A DNA stretch of 63,896 nucleotides, the filler included, from Octopus bimaculoides (lineage: Eukaryota): the NCBI RefSeq assembly GCF_001194135.2. It is 5 parts of 5 records of this genome, joined end to end, with 100 filler letters (N's around TTAATTAATTAA, not from the genome) between each part and the next. Parts side by side here need not be neighbours in the genome. Positions count along the whole stretch, not along the records: positions 29,667 to 53,666 come from NC_069008.1; positions 53,767 to 56,956 come from NC_068996.1; positions 57,057 to 60,963 come from NC_068986.1; positions 61,064 to 63,896 come from NC_069005.1; 1 more part is not named here. One strand, written 5' to 3'. Shown piece by piece: positions 49,936-63,896 of this stretch (its first letter is position 1; the number at the start of each line of letters is the position of its first letter). Made by a program: the position numbers and the translations under genes. The notes below the pieces were generated by a model. It was not told the DNA's origin. It searched no databases and saw nothing but the letters and a program-made list of their open reading frames with translations.

Positions 49936-51119
49936 CAGGGTGTTGTGAATAAACTGTTGTCTAAATTATGAAAAAATGAAAATAACACTGACATCTCATT
50001 TTAACAGATATACTCTTTACTCTCTTTTACTTGTTTCAGTCATTTGGCTGCGGCCATGCTGGAGCACCGCCTTTTAGTCGAGCAAATCGACCCCAGGACT
50101 TATTCTTTGGAAGCCTGGTACTTATTCTATCAGTCTCTTTTGCTGAATCACTAAGTTACAGGGACATAAACACATCACTGTCGGTTGTCAAGTGATGTGG
50201 GGGGAGGACACAAACACAGACACACAAATATATACACACACACACATACGTATATACGACGGGCTTCTTTCAGTTTCCGTCTACCAAATCCACTCACAAG
50301 GCTTTGGTTGGCCTGAGGTTATAGTAGAAGACACTTGCTCTACGTGCCATGCAGTGGGAATGAACCCGGAACCATGTGGTTGGTAAGCAAGCTACTAACC
50401 ACACAGCCACTCCTATGCCTATGATATATTTATCAAAAATACATAAAAATATCTTGAAATATAAAGAGTAAATCTATTCAATAAAATCGCCATTGGCTTC
50501 AGAATCTCCTGCAACTCTTCTGAATGGTCTCCTTGTTTAAACTGCCATAATCCTTGCCTTCAGGTCATCTTTGGTGTTACAAGGAGTTTTGTTGGTCTCT
50601 TGCTCAACTGTGCCCCACACATAATAATCAAGAGGGTTGCAGTGTTTGAGATGTTAGGGGTGATGTGGTTGCAGAAATTGTCCGACAGCCGTAACTGGCC
50701 TCTCTTGCTCGTGTGGCAGGGTGCAGAGTCCTCTTGACCCAGGGCAACACCAACTCCTCCAGGCACTTGTTGTAAGCCACTGTATTGAGTCTGAGGCCAT
50801 GTGGGAAGATGAATGGAGGCATAACGTCACCATCACTAGTGATCACTCCAAACACCATGACATTGACTGGATGTTTGATTTTTATCACTCCTCAGATTGA
50901 CATCCAAACACTCTGAAATGTTCGTAATGGAGATTCGGGAGTGAATTCCAAGCAGTACAACATGTCGTTTCCAAATTTCTGGCAGAGTGAATTGCATCAT
51001 GGTGCTGTTTTTCTCACAGACAGTGCACAACTGACCCTACTAGACAAAATCAAAAACAAACAATGTGCATGTACGAAATGAAAAATATTAAATGGTGACA
51101 GTTTACCCATCACACCCTG
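49936..51119 (-). mobile_element. Tc1/mariner DD37D (maT-like) element, degenerate, with a SINE inserted at ~50015-50420
   Basis: TIRs CAGGGTGTTGTGAATAAACTGT / ACAGTTTACCCATCACACCCTG with TA flanks. KHPVNVMVFGVITSDG, QEDSAPCHTS and NF...ITP motifs. The subfamily call is from motif recall. Confidence 0.8.
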
Positions 51120-51123
51120 TATG

Positions 51124-51171
<48 letters not shown>

Positions 51172-51897
51172 TGGTGCTTGCTTCCCAACCACATCGTTCT
51201 GGGTTCAGTGTCTTCTACTATAGCGTTGGGCCAACCAAAGCCTTGTGAATGGGTTTGGTAGATGGAAACTGAAAGAAGCCTGTCATATATATATAATTCA
51301 TTAAATTCTTTAAAGTGTTTCAACTTTAAAACTGTGGTCATGCTGGGGCACCACCATTGTATATGTATATATCTATGTGTGTGTGTCTTTGTGTCTGTGT
51401 TTGCCCCCACCATTGCTTGACAACTGGTGCTGGTGTGTTTACATCCTTGTAACCTAGCGGTTCAGCAAAAGAAATCAATAGAATAAGTAAGAGGCTTTAA
51501 AACATAAGTCCTGGGGTTGAATTGTTTGACTAAATCGTTCAAAGCTGTACCCCAGCATGGCTGCAGTCAAATGACTGAAACAAGTAAAAGATGTGTGTGT
51601 GTGTGTGTGTGCAGATGTGACTGTGTGATAAGAAGTTTGCTTCCAACTGCATGGTTCTTGGTTCAGTCCTAGCCCCTGGCTAACTAAAGCTTTCCGAGTG
51701 GATTTGGTATATGGCAACTGAAAGAAGCCCATCATAAATATTTATGTGAATATGTGTCTTTGTGTTAGTCCCCCAGCATCACTTGACAACCAGTTTTGGT
51801 TTATTCACAGCTCCTGTAATGTAGGTGGTTCAGCAAAAGAGACTGATAGAATAAGTACTAAAAATAAGATGTAACATATATATGTGTGTGTGTGTGT

Positions 51898-52113
51898 GGA
51901 GGCATGTGGCTTAGTGGTTAGGGTGTCAGAACCATGATCGTAAGATTGTGGTTTTGATTCCTGGTCTGGGCAACGCACGTTGCTCCTGTCCACTCAGCTG
52001 GCAAAAATGAGTAACGCTACGATGGACTGGCGTCCTGTCCAGCTGGGGAACACATACGCCATTGAAACTGGGAAACTGGGCCCATGAGTCTGGCTAGGCT
52101 TTAAAAGGGCGCA
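51898..52113 (+). mobile_element. Short tRNA-derived SINE with a distinct central domain (CGATGGACTGGCGTCCTGTCCAG)
   Basis: tRNA-like head GGAGGCATGTGGCTTAGTGGTTAGGGTG...GGTTTTGATTCC, central motif and T-rich end. Confidence 0.65.
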
Positions 52114-52123
52114 TTTTTTTTTT

Positions 52124-52162
<39 letters not shown>

Positions 52163-53154
52163 CTGAAGATTAGCTATACTTTTGAATACTTTTGATTTCG
52201 ATCGATTCATTTTGAATTGATTTGATTTTTATTTGATTTTCTATTTGAAAATATGGTTATGAAACACGTGTAGTCATTTTTACTATTTTAATATTTNNNN
52301 NNNNNNNNNNNNNNNNNNNNNNNNNNNNNNNNNNNNNNNNNNNNNNNNNNNNNNNNNNNNNNNNNNNNNNNNNNNNNNNNNNNNNNNNNNNNNNNNNNNN
52401 NNNNNNNNNNNNNNNNNNNNNNNNNNNNNNNNNNNNNNNNNNNNNNNNNNNNNNNNNNNNNNNNNNNNNNNNNNNNNNNNNNNNNNNNNNNNNNNNNNNN
52501 NNNNNNNNNNNNNNNNNNNNNNNNNNNNNNNNNNNNNNNNNNNNNNNNNNNNNNNNNNNNNNNNNNNNNNNNNNNNNNNNNNNNNNNNNNNNNNNNNNNN
52601 NNNNNNNNNNNNNNNNNNNNNNNNNNNNNNNNNNNNNNNNNNNNNNNNNNNNNNNNNNNNNNNNNNNNNNNNNNNNNNNNNNNNNNNNNNNNNNNNNNNN
52701 NNNNNNNNNNNNNNNNNNNNNNNNNNNNNNNNNNNNNNNNNNNNNNNNNNNNNNNNNNNNNNNNNNNNNNNNNNNNNNNNNNNNNNNNNNNNNNNNNNNN
52801 NNNNNNNNNNNNNNNNNNNNNNNNNNNNNNNNNNNNNNNNNNNNNNNNNNNNNNNNNNNNNNNNNNNNNNNNNNNNNNNNNNNNNNNNNNNNNNNNNNNN
52901 NNNNNNNNNNNNNNNNNNNNNNNNNNNNNNNNNNNNNNNNNNNNNNNNNNNNNNNNNNNNNNNNNNNNNNNNNNNNNNNNNNNNNNNNNNNNNNNNNNNN
53001 NNNNNNNNNNNNNNNNNNNNNNNNNNNNNNNNNNNNNNNNNNNNNNNNNNNNNNNNNNNNNNNNNNNNNNNNNNNNNNNNNNNNNNNNNNTAGCAAGTCT
53101 TTATATTTACTGATCTTGTCAAATTCTTTCGCCGCTATATTATGATCATCATCA

Positions 53155-53216
<62 letters not shown>

Positions 53217-53406
53217 TTATTAATAAATCTCAAATTTATTAATCATGATATAATGATTTTTTGGCTAATTTCTAGAAGAGGGTTGGCATTTTTTGTGTTA
53301 GCTGCTATTAGGAGGGCCGCACATGCATGGCAGATATGAAAAATTATAACATATAAGCATGAGGCATGTTCTATGTATTGCCTCGTGTTTATATGTTAAT
53401 CTTGGC

Positions 53407-53481
53407 TTTCCTGCTGATCATAGCTGGCCTAGCAAATTATTTTATTTTGCTGAAAATAGCCCGAAACCTTGGTTCAGGAAA
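53407..53481 (+). ncRNA. Degenerate hammerhead ribozyme motif
   Basis: UUUCCUG-CUGAUCA-...-AGCCC-GAAAC-CUUG-GUU^CAGGAAA: perfect 7-bp stem I, G8 mutated. Confidence 0.55.
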
Positions 53482-53666
53482 TAAATGGTAAATGTTTTTA
53501 TTTTTCATTCCCTTTCGAAATTATCCCTAATTGTGGCTTGGAGTTTGACTGCTCCTTCTACTGGGTTAGATGTCCTATTATGGACATCTCTCTTATGTGT
53601 TTAAATGTACACTGTATGTATTTACACACACACACACATACACACACACACACACACACACATATA

Positions 53667-53766
53667 NNNNNNNNNNNNNNNNNNNNNNNNNNNNNNNNNN
53701 NNNNNNNNNNTTAATTAATTAANNNNNNNNNNNNNNNNNNNNNNNNNNNNNNNNNNNNNNNNNNNN
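53667..53766. other. Artificial assembly spacer N44-TTAATTAATTAA-N44
   Basis: Same 100-bp structure. Confidence 0.95.
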
Positions 53767-53850
53767 CAGACGGGTAGTCATGATGGGTATATTGGGCTTC
53801 GTATATTTTACCCCAGTGTCACTTTGATGGCATGCACTGCTCTCTCACTC

Positions 53851-54391
<541 letters not shown>

Positions 54392-54595
54392 GTCATTATT
54401 ATCTCCCCATTCGTAAACAGAATCACTGTGTGTTTCTTTGATGAACAAGAAAAAGTTTCAAACGTATTGTACGTATAAATTGATTGAATGTTAAGTACCT
54501 TACAGCAAAGAGAGAATGGGTCACTATGACGGCTACCAAAATAACGATGCTGAGTGGATAGAAAACAGAAATATACTGTAAATGAATATGTACAC

Positions 54596-54629
<34 letters not shown>

Positions 54630-55089
54630 NNNNNNNNNNNNNNNNNNNNNNNNNNNNNNNNNNNNNNNNNNNNNNNNNNNNNNNNNNNNNNNNNNNNNNN
54701 NNNNNNNNNNNNNNNNNNNNNNNNNNNNNNNNNNNNNNNNNNNNNNNNNNNNNNNNNNNNNNNNNNNNNNNNNNNNNNNNNNNNNNNNNNNNNNNNNNNN
54801 NNNNNNNNNNNNNNNNNNNNNNNNNNNNNNNNNNNNNNNNNNNNNNNNNNNNNNNNNNNNNNNNNNNNNNNNNNNNNNNNNNNNNNNNNNNNNNNNNNNN
54901 NNNNNNNNNNNNNNNNNNNNNNNNNNNNNNNNNNNNNNNNNNNNNNNNNNNNNNNNNNNNNNNNNNNNNNNNNNNNNNNNNNNNNNNNNNNNNNNNNNNN
55001 NNNNNNNNNNNNNNNNNNNNNNNNNNNNNNNNNNNNNNNNNNNNNNNNNNNNNNNNNNNNNNNNNNNNNNNNNNNNNNNNNNNNNNNNN

Positions 55090-55120
<31 letters not shown>

Positions 55121-55929
55121 AAATGTAGGTATACATGTGTGTGTGTGCCTGTGTATGTGTGTATGCGTGTGTGTGTTTACATAGAGATAGAGTGTGTGAG
55201 ACTTATCCCTTTGCTGCGTTTCTACTTCCTTTCATACAAAAATCATCAATGCTGAACACTAATTGATTGAAAAAGTCTCAGACGTAAGTATCGCAAATAT
55301 TTTACCATTATATAATTCAATATATATTTTGCAATGACCTACAACTATCATTTTTTGTTGTTGTGGTATCTTTGTGGTCTTGTTATATGATGTTTTGCTT
55401 TGTTTTGTTGTTTTCATTATAACACTTTTGTGGTGAACAAACTGAGAACTTTCAAATATCTTTTCTCTTTTCTTGTTGGTTATTACTTTACGCGCTCCTT
55501 TATTTTGACGTGAAGTTTATTTATTAAATAGTTCTTATTTTTTCATATTTTATATCCAGTATGTGGTTAATTCATGCAGCTATTTCTATCTACATATTAT
55601 TTTTGTTTCAAATAAATACGCATTTATCTCAAATCAGACGAACAATTTTAGGTATTTTATTCGTTGTTTTTAAACCTTATAGTGTAACATGTCAGTATAA
55701 GGCTCATATTGATTTCAAATCTTTGCACAAGGCCAGAAGTTTTAGGGGAGGTGGTAATTCGACCCCTGTATTCAACTGGTACTTCTTTTATCGTCCCCGA
55801 AAGTATGAAAGGCTCATATATTACTTTTATGATACAGTCACATAATATAGTATAATGTAAAAACAATATAATTTCGATATATTGTTAAGAATGATTTTAG
55901 GGCAAGCCGAAACCTTTTATCTTGATATT

Positions 55930-56450
55930 TACTACAGTAATGGATATTGTTTTAGAAAATGCAGGTGAGGTGACCCATGGATTTTGAACCAGATATGGTC
56001 ATGACGTTTAGGAAGACGTAATGGACATTGCAGTGGGGAATGAACAAGCAAATGATACATTTTTAACGTGCTGAGCGATGAGGGAGACATGGATATGAAC
56101 CAAACTATCATTTTGTCTGAAATACGGACGATTATCATATCTAAGAAAACTGTAGGAGTAAGAATGATGATATATGAGGATACGGAAGTATACAAAATAA
56201 TGTAATCGAGGGGTTCAGATAACATGGCAAAAGGTGTGACAAAAGGGAAGGAAGCTGGTAAAGAGGAGTGTGTAAACGAGAAGAATGGATGTGTGGTCAT
56301 TTGTTAAGTGTTAAAGGGGAATTGTGTTAATCACCTTGTCGGAAAAAGTTGAATCTAGCGGCTATTGGGTTCAGTATTAGAGTCCATACTATAGAGCAGG
56401 CAGTAAGTTGAAAATAACACATTAGGTATCCGAGGGTAGTGACAATTGCA
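55930..56450 (-). mobile_element. Possible degenerate LINE endonuclease remnant
   Basis: ORF 55932-56300 contains DHIWFKIHGSP...F, reminiscent of APE-domain segments. The similarity is weak. Confidence 0.3.
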
Positions 56451-56817
56451 TTGTCTTTTCTTAACTAGACTGCTGTTCTTTATCCTTTCTTGCTTATCTT
56501 TCATTTTTATTTTTTGTCTTTCTCGTTAACTTTTCTGTCATTTTCTTTTTATTTCTGTTTATTTCCCTTTCAGCATGTTCAACTTCAAGCATAACATGAT
56601 ACAATTGAGTGTTCCTCCGATGATCTACTGTTATCCACTATTGAATTGCTATTGGAGGTTCACCGCAGAGGATGCAAATGGCCACAATCGTGAAACGTGC
56701 GTAAGAAACAAATGATAACCACATATTGTTCTTCTTATATTTTTGCTATATATGTATGTACATATATATCCGTATTTATAGAAACGTATATCTGTATATA
56801 AATATGTGCATACATTT

Positions 56818-56873
<56 letters not shown>

Positions 56874-56956
56874 ATATATACATACGTGTATATATATAAA
56901 TATATATTGATATAAGCATATATATATGCATATACATGCATACATATATATATATA

Positions 56957-57056
56957 NNNNNNNNNNNNNNNNNNNNNNNNNNNNNNNNNNNNNNNNNNNN
57001 TTAATTAATTAANNNNNNNNNNNNNNNNNNNNNNNNNNNNNNNNNNNNNNNNNNNN
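56957..57056. other. Artificial assembly spacer N44-TTAATTAATTAA-N44
   Basis: Same 100-bp structure. Confidence 0.95.
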
Positions 57057-57771
57057 TATTCACTCAGACATACACACACACACCTATATCTGCATATATT
57101 TATACACGAACTCACAAACATGCATACTTCTACGGCTTTTGTGTATTTTATTATCTTCTACTTACGTGAACTAGAAACTTTAAAATGAGTTTCCACACGA
57201 TGCACATATTTACAGACACACACATACGCACACATATTCATGAAAACACTATGAGGTACGTGCTCACACCCACACACATACACACATATTCTCACATACA
57301 TGCACTTACCCCCATACTTGTATAAATTCTTGGTGCAACAAATGTAAGACACATTCCCAGGCTTGCATTCAAATGTATACATAGGCATACGTTTTGCTTT
57401 GTATATCAAACATGTCTACAAAGTTATTTTCCTTATGAGCCGGTAGACTTACACAGATATCTGAGAGTTTCTTACAATTTTCCCTTAAACCAGCTGTTAG
57501 AATTTAAAAGGGTTAATTTAATAACATCACACATCAAAAGAATATTCCGTGACTTCAAACGAATTGGTTGTGTTGATTCAGGAATTTCTGGTAGTCGGTG
57601 ACCTCTCTAAAGTGTTGCTGACCTTAGGGTTCTATTCGAGTAATTCTCATATACACTAGACGTATTATATGAGTATAAAGACACATGAATGTGTATATGG
57701 AAGTAGAATGATAGAATTCCTTATATTATATACATGCGTGTGTATGTATGTTTGTATGTAAACAGATAAAC

Positions 57772-57825
<54 letters not shown>

Positions 57826-58516
57826 TTAGATAGATAGATAGATAGATAGATAGATTGATTGATTGATTGATTGATAAATAGATACACATGCATATAAACC
57901 AGTTTCGTGCAAGTCACAGATTTTTCTCTCAAATAAAAAGATATAATGATATCATAGAAACGTCGCAGTATAATTCTTTTTTTTTTACTGTATTATTAAA
58001 TGAAATTACTTTTCTTCCTGTTCAAGGTATTCATTTTCAACATTCAGATATTATCGTTTCAATGCAAACATTCAACAAACTTTTCATTCGAAATTGTGAA
58101 TCACAAGTACAATGTTGAATATTTAGTACTGAGTATAAATTAGCAGATAAATATTATTATTATTCAGGTTCGAAATTTCCCCAAGACACCCGATGAAGGC
58201 TAGAGTGTATATCAGCCGATACGTTGTGTTAACAACAAATAAGATGAGGACAAATATTCGCCAAATGTAAACAATATAAATAATGTAAATTTTGATTGCT
58301 GTTCAGAATAATTCAACATACACTGGAGAATCGAATTGGACTTGTACACACCCTTAACATTTCCAGCATATTTTCCGCTATCATACTGAGTCATGCCTTC
58401 AGAACATTATATACATGTATATATCTTAATAGAATATCATGCGAAAAATTACTCAGTCTGAATCGATTGAAAGCAGAAAAAATGTACATTATGATCAGTG
58501 GGTGATGAGTGGAATA

Positions 58517-58548
<32 letters not shown>

Positions 58549-58826
58549 NNNNNNNNNNNNNNNNNNNNNNNNNNNNNNNNNNNNNNNNNNNNNNNNNNNN
58601 NNNNNNNNNNNNNNNNNNNNNNNNNNNNNNNNNNNNNNNNNNNNNNNNNNNNNNNNNNNNNNNNNNNNNNNNNNNNNNNNNNNNNNNNNNNNNNNNNNNN
58701 NNNNNNNNNNNNNNNNNNNNNNNNNNNNNNNNNNNNNNNNNNNNNNNNNNNNNNNNNNNNNNNNNNNNNNNNNNNNNNNNNNNNNNNNNNNNNNNNNNNN
58801 NNNNNNNNNNNNNNNNATATATATAT

Positions 58827-58863
<37 letters not shown>

Positions 58864-60442
58864 GAGAGAGAATATACATTCCCACAATCATACGCACAGG
58901 TACACACACACGCTCACACACGTGCATGCGTGTGTTTGTGTTTGTGTGTGTGTTAGTGTGAATATGTGCACATATACATACATTTATATAAACATACTTA
59001 TATATATTATTGTTGATATTTTACTTTTCGTGGGTTTTGAAACTGAATGGCTATGTGTAAAATACCTGTAATTTAGTTACAAAAATCCCATAAAATTTTT
59101 ATATCAAACTATGAGCACAAATTAGTAACATCATTAAATAAGCCTCCCACCTTTTAGTATTTTTTAAAAATTTTCTCTAGTATATATTTTGAAATGTATA
59201 TATTTAAGCAAAGCTTTTTTACGACTATTGTTGATATAATGCTGACATGTAATAAATGATAGAAAAGACTTGATAGCCATCCCTCAAGTTTTGTTATATA
59301 TTCGAATGTGATGTCACTAAGGCAAATATAAATTTCTACGACGCATTCCGGCTGTAGGCATGCATAACAAACTAGAAGACGATGCCTGGCAAAATTCAGG
59401 TGAATTTCAGAAATATTTATTTTTAATATTATAACCGAATACGAAATAATACAAACATTAATGCATGTTGCACTTCATAACCTATAAAGATATAAATATA
59501 GGTGGAATTTACATGGTTGAAGTTTTTGTACATTCCTATGAGGTTTCAAACATTTGAATATCTAAAGATATCTGACTTACTAAATATCATTGATGCGCTG
59601 TTACTGAGTGTGAAAGATAATGAATATAAATGAATATATATATATATATGTTAAACAAGTGAATGTGTTGTAAAGATTATACATGTGTGTGTACTTACAT
59701 ACAGACGTATGTGTGTGTGGGTGATTGTAAATCACAAATAAATGACAATCATAGAAGCAAGAGCGAAGCCATTAACGATGATGTAAAATTTATGCATAAG
59801 TTTTTATTCCTCTCTGTATATTTTTGTGTTTTGTAATTCATAAAGTAAATGTCATCGGGCTATATTTAATATAATAAGCAAATATGGAACATGATAAGTG
59901 AGAATATTCAAACAATTTTATCACACTTTTTTTTTTATAAACGAACATATTTGCGGTAGTTAAAATTCTATTCTAAATTTCATTGTCGTTATTGAAAACT
60001 CTAAAAACTTACAATAATTACAATAAACTTACACGCAAGAAATTATTTTCTAACTATTACGTTGGCATCATGTTTGCAATAATTATATAATTTGTGCATC
60101 AACCATGATTATTATTTATGTCTAGAATATGTTTTCCGGTTTGCTTAGATTTTAAACGATCAGTGTGCTTGGCAGTTGTCAATGGTAATAAAATAAATAA
60201 CAAAAAAATATATATTTTGAGAATTCACGTATGAATATGTGTAATGATTATTGCAATAAAGAATGAAGTTGAATTACTAAGATTCTTATCGCAGAGAATA
60301 GTATTGAGAGGAGAGCAGATAAGAATTAAATAGTAAGCTTCAGTTCCGCGAATCTAGATGTGGTGAATGCAAATGTTTTGAGACAGAGAGCGCAACAGAG
60401 ATATACATTTGTGCACTCACACATACGCACACACAAATATAG

Positions 60443-60483
<41 letters not shown>

Positions 60484-60635
60484 AAGAGACAGGCATAGGG
60501 AGAGAGAGACAGAGAGAGACAGACATACCGAGAGGTAGATAGATAAATTGATAGACAAACAGACAGACAAACAAGTAGACAGGCATATACATAGAGAGAC
60601 AGACAGGCAGGCAGACAGCTAGCTAGCTAGCTAGC

Positions 60636-60682
<47 letters not shown>

Positions 60683-60963
60683 GTTTTTATTATAGCCACA
60701 CAGGGCTGAACACAGAAATTGGACGAAATACAAGCGTAGAGTTTTTCATTTTCGAGGTGGGCTGGGTGGGACACACAAAGAAAAGTCAAATCAATAGGGA
60801 TTGTAATCGTTGGGGTGTGTGGTGTACAAAAATTATAAATCTTCCCAAAAACGGGAATAAATATTGTTTACAGTTTAGGTGTATCCTTGGAGTGAAAAAC
60901 CTACAAAAAAGCACCAAGGTCACCTCAGGCAGTTCAAAATGTACATAAAAGTAAGTACCTTTT

Positions 60964-61063
60964 NNNNNNNNNNNNNNNNNNNNNNNNNNNNNNNNNNNNN
61001 NNNNNNNTTAATTAATTAANNNNNNNNNNNNNNNNNNNNNNNNNNNNNNNNNNNNNNNNNNNN
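60964..61063. other. Artificial assembly spacer N44-TTAATTAATTAA-N44
   Basis: Same 100-bp structure. Confidence 0.95.
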
Positions 61064-61107
<44 letters not shown>

Positions 61108-61569
61108 TAACAGATAGTTTGATAGATAGAAAGGATCAACGATAAATAGATCGATAAATAGACATGTGTTTGTGCTTACTCTTTCGGCTGGGTGTTATCC
61201 TATAGTACACTTTTAAACAAACAGACGTATAAACATCTAGAATATGTACTCGTTCAGACAGAAACTTAGGCACGCAAATAACATGTTATGTTTTCGTATC
61301 CTGTTACTTTTCCTAAAGTTAACGAAGATTGTGGTTTAGCCTTGCGTGTGACACAATTCGCTTAATATATATCTCACGAATAACATCAAACTTTACTTTG
61401 TCTCATGTCTTGTAATTACTTCATAGACTAATGCGTTGTCTTACGTATACTCTGATAACAAATTAGGAAATGGATTCTCCGTCGCTCACGACGTTGTCTG
61501 TTTCGCTTGTCTTACTGTCTTATCGTTTGTCGTACGCTATTCAACGTATTACAACGTTCGTGTTTAACG

Positions 61570-61760
61570 GGACGAGCTGGCTGAATCGTTGCCACAGCGG
61601 GTAGCGGACTCGGCGGCAATTTTCCCGTCTTTATGCTCTATGTTCAAATGCTGTCGAGGTTGAACTTATCGTTCATCCGTTACGGGGTCCATCAAATAAG
61701 TAACATCTGAGTATCGATAATCGACTTCCTCACCTCCGTCGAAACTGCTGGTCTTGTACC
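61570..61760 (+). mobile_element. Further SINE family copy; related reverse copies at ~18540-18720, 20150-20250, 22255-22346 and 25570-25760
   Basis: GGGACGAGCTGGCTGAATCGTT...GTTCAAAT..GTCGAGGTTGAACTT..C.TTCATCC.TT.CGGGGTC.AT blocks recur. Confidence 0.65.
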
Positions 61761-63896
61761 AATATTTGAAATCAATATAATGTAGAGCTTTGATATTTTA
61801 ATCAGTTTGTTTCATCTGAATATAATCGTCCACGAAATAGAACGATTCTTGACACAATGAGGGCTGGTTATTCACAAGAACCATCCATTCTAATAGGCGT
61901 CGATATAGATCCTACCTCCCTGTCTTTACTTACAAGTCTAGTACCCACCCGTAGATACCTCAGATGACACAATGAAAGTATAGCCAAGCTGGATGTATCT
62001 TCTACCGTTTTGATATAGAGAATATCTGACCAATTTTATTGTATTTTCTACATGTTCTCTCACTCTCCTCGCTTCTTTATTTCCTTTCCGCTCCCTCTCT
62101 CTTCGGCACTTTATCTTTCTCAGACACAAATTTATACGGCTTCGTATAAAGATTCATAAATGGCCTTTTTTTTTTACAACTTTTACACTTTTAGATTATA
62201 TTTTTCTGATTTGTATGTAACATAATTTTACAAATATCAATGTCCATTAAAATCTATCAAACGTCTCTTATTCTGACATATCTTCTAAAGGTTCTTCACT
62301 TAGTAATGTCAGTTTAAAAGAAGCGTACCATCTTGTAATATTCACTGAGCGTTCATTGTTTTTTATGTCTTTTATTTTTATTTATGTGATTTTTTTCTTG
62401 ATGTTGCGGACGGCTCTTACCAACATTTAAGCACCGGGTGTGATGATTAGGTATATGGACGCAGCCATGGCTGTGATCCAAGAAGCTTGCTTCCCAGACA
62501 AATGGTACCGCATTCAGTCCTGCTCTGTTGCACTTTGGGCAAATGTCTTCTACTATAGCCTCGGATCAAACAGAGACTTCTGAGTGGATTCGGTACATGG
62601 ATACTGAAAGAAGCCCATTGTATATGTGTGTGAGCATATATCGCTGTTTCTTGCGATTTAACAACCGGTATCGGGGTGACTACGCCTGCCTCATATAGCA
62701 GTTCAGCAAAAGAGAACGACACAATAATTATCAAGTTTTAAGAAGAAATATCTACTGCTCTGGATTTGTTCAAATAAAATTCTCCAAGACCGTGCCCCAA
62801 CATAGCCATAGTCTAACGACAGAAACACGAGTGACATAATAGATAGAAGATAGCAAGTCGATATTTGATGAAGAGCAAACTCCTTATTTATGTCCCATAT
62901 TATTGGAATTTATGCCATGATATCTTTCTCACAGCTAATTGTTGCTCGTATTTAAGTTATCGCTGTAAACGTTCTTCCATGTAAGCTCTTCTCGAAAGAT
63001 ATTTTTGATTCTCATTTAAACTGCAAATTTATAAATATTTTATTTATCACCAAATCTGGTTTTGTTTTAAACCAATTCCTATCAAGTCTTGTTACTTTGA
63101 GCCATAGAATCATACCAGAATATACGTGGATCGTGGCGTAAAGTGGATGGGACGACGGCCAGTCTCATAATTTCTCAGTTTTGCTAGCAGAGCGTAAAAG
63201 AGCTACGTGAATTTTAATGTTTTGCTAACAAATCCGAACCCCCTAAACCTATCGAGAACTCGACACGTTCCTCAGACGCACGAACACACACGCAAACACA
63301 CAAACACACGCATACAGACATGCACAAACACACATGCATATAAACATATATACACGCACATATGTACACACACACACGTATAAATACATATATACATATA
63401 TGTATACATATATATATATACATACATGTATACATATATATACACATATATGTATACATATGTACACACACTTATATATATGGTACACACACACATACAC
63501 TTACACACACAGACACACGCACGTACACAAACAGTATTAGAAGCGAACTTACACTCATGTACGCACCTGCACACAGGCAAGCGTCTACACACGCAGATGG
63601 TCATATTCTCTCACAATCTATGCGTGCACGCGCGCTCCAGTGTTAGTGTGCGTGCGTGTGTACGCGTGTGTGTCTGTACGTGTGTTTATGTGTATATGTG
63701 TGTGCAAACATAATTTATCTGGCAAATTCTCAGACATAGAATCAGAGAGGGAGAAGAATGGGGTTTTATGAACATACGAATGTATACAGAAATGCATGTA
63801 TGTAAGTGTACGTGTATGTATATTCTCTATATAGATACGTATATATTTATATATGGATAAATACATACAGACTTATGTGTATATATATATATATAT

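Noticed and set aside
61930-62130. Possible minus-strand exon ending at a GTAAGT donor
   Set aside because: Poor acceptor, no partner exon and no recognisable protein motif.

Overview
AT-rich, microsatellite-dense animal DNA whose SINE, LINE and microsatellite content points to a cephalopod (Octopus-like) genome; the species is inferred, not shown. The window is not contiguous. Four artificial 100-bp spacers (N44-TTAATTAATTAA-N44 at 29567, 53667, 56957 and 60964) join five separate assembly pieces. Piece 1 (1-29566) carries three small + strand exons that splice in frame into an alpha-arrestin (ARRDC-like) N-domain. Piece 2 (29667-53666) carries four - strand exons that splice in frame into the N-terminal region of an apolipophorin/apoB-type large lipid transfer protein. 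Both genes run toward the first spacer and their 3' parts are missing. The rest is a transposon graveyard: RTE-like LINEs with a PHD finger inserted in the RT, R4/Dong-like, Gypsy, Penelope, Helitron, mariner, DD37D, Tigger/pogo, hAT- and piggyBac-like MITEs, and several tRNA-derived SINE families. The most interesting signals are (i) minimal type-I hammerhead-ribozyme motifs from several unrelated repeat families, including a core-intact copy in the sense strand of an intron and an apparent U3-A8 covariant downstream of a Penelope endonuclease; (ii) three long fold-back palindromes carrying such motifs packed around one arrestin exon; and (iii) a ~510-bp palindrome with head-to-head telomere-like arrays. 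All alignments were done by eye; no database searches or folding programs were run.
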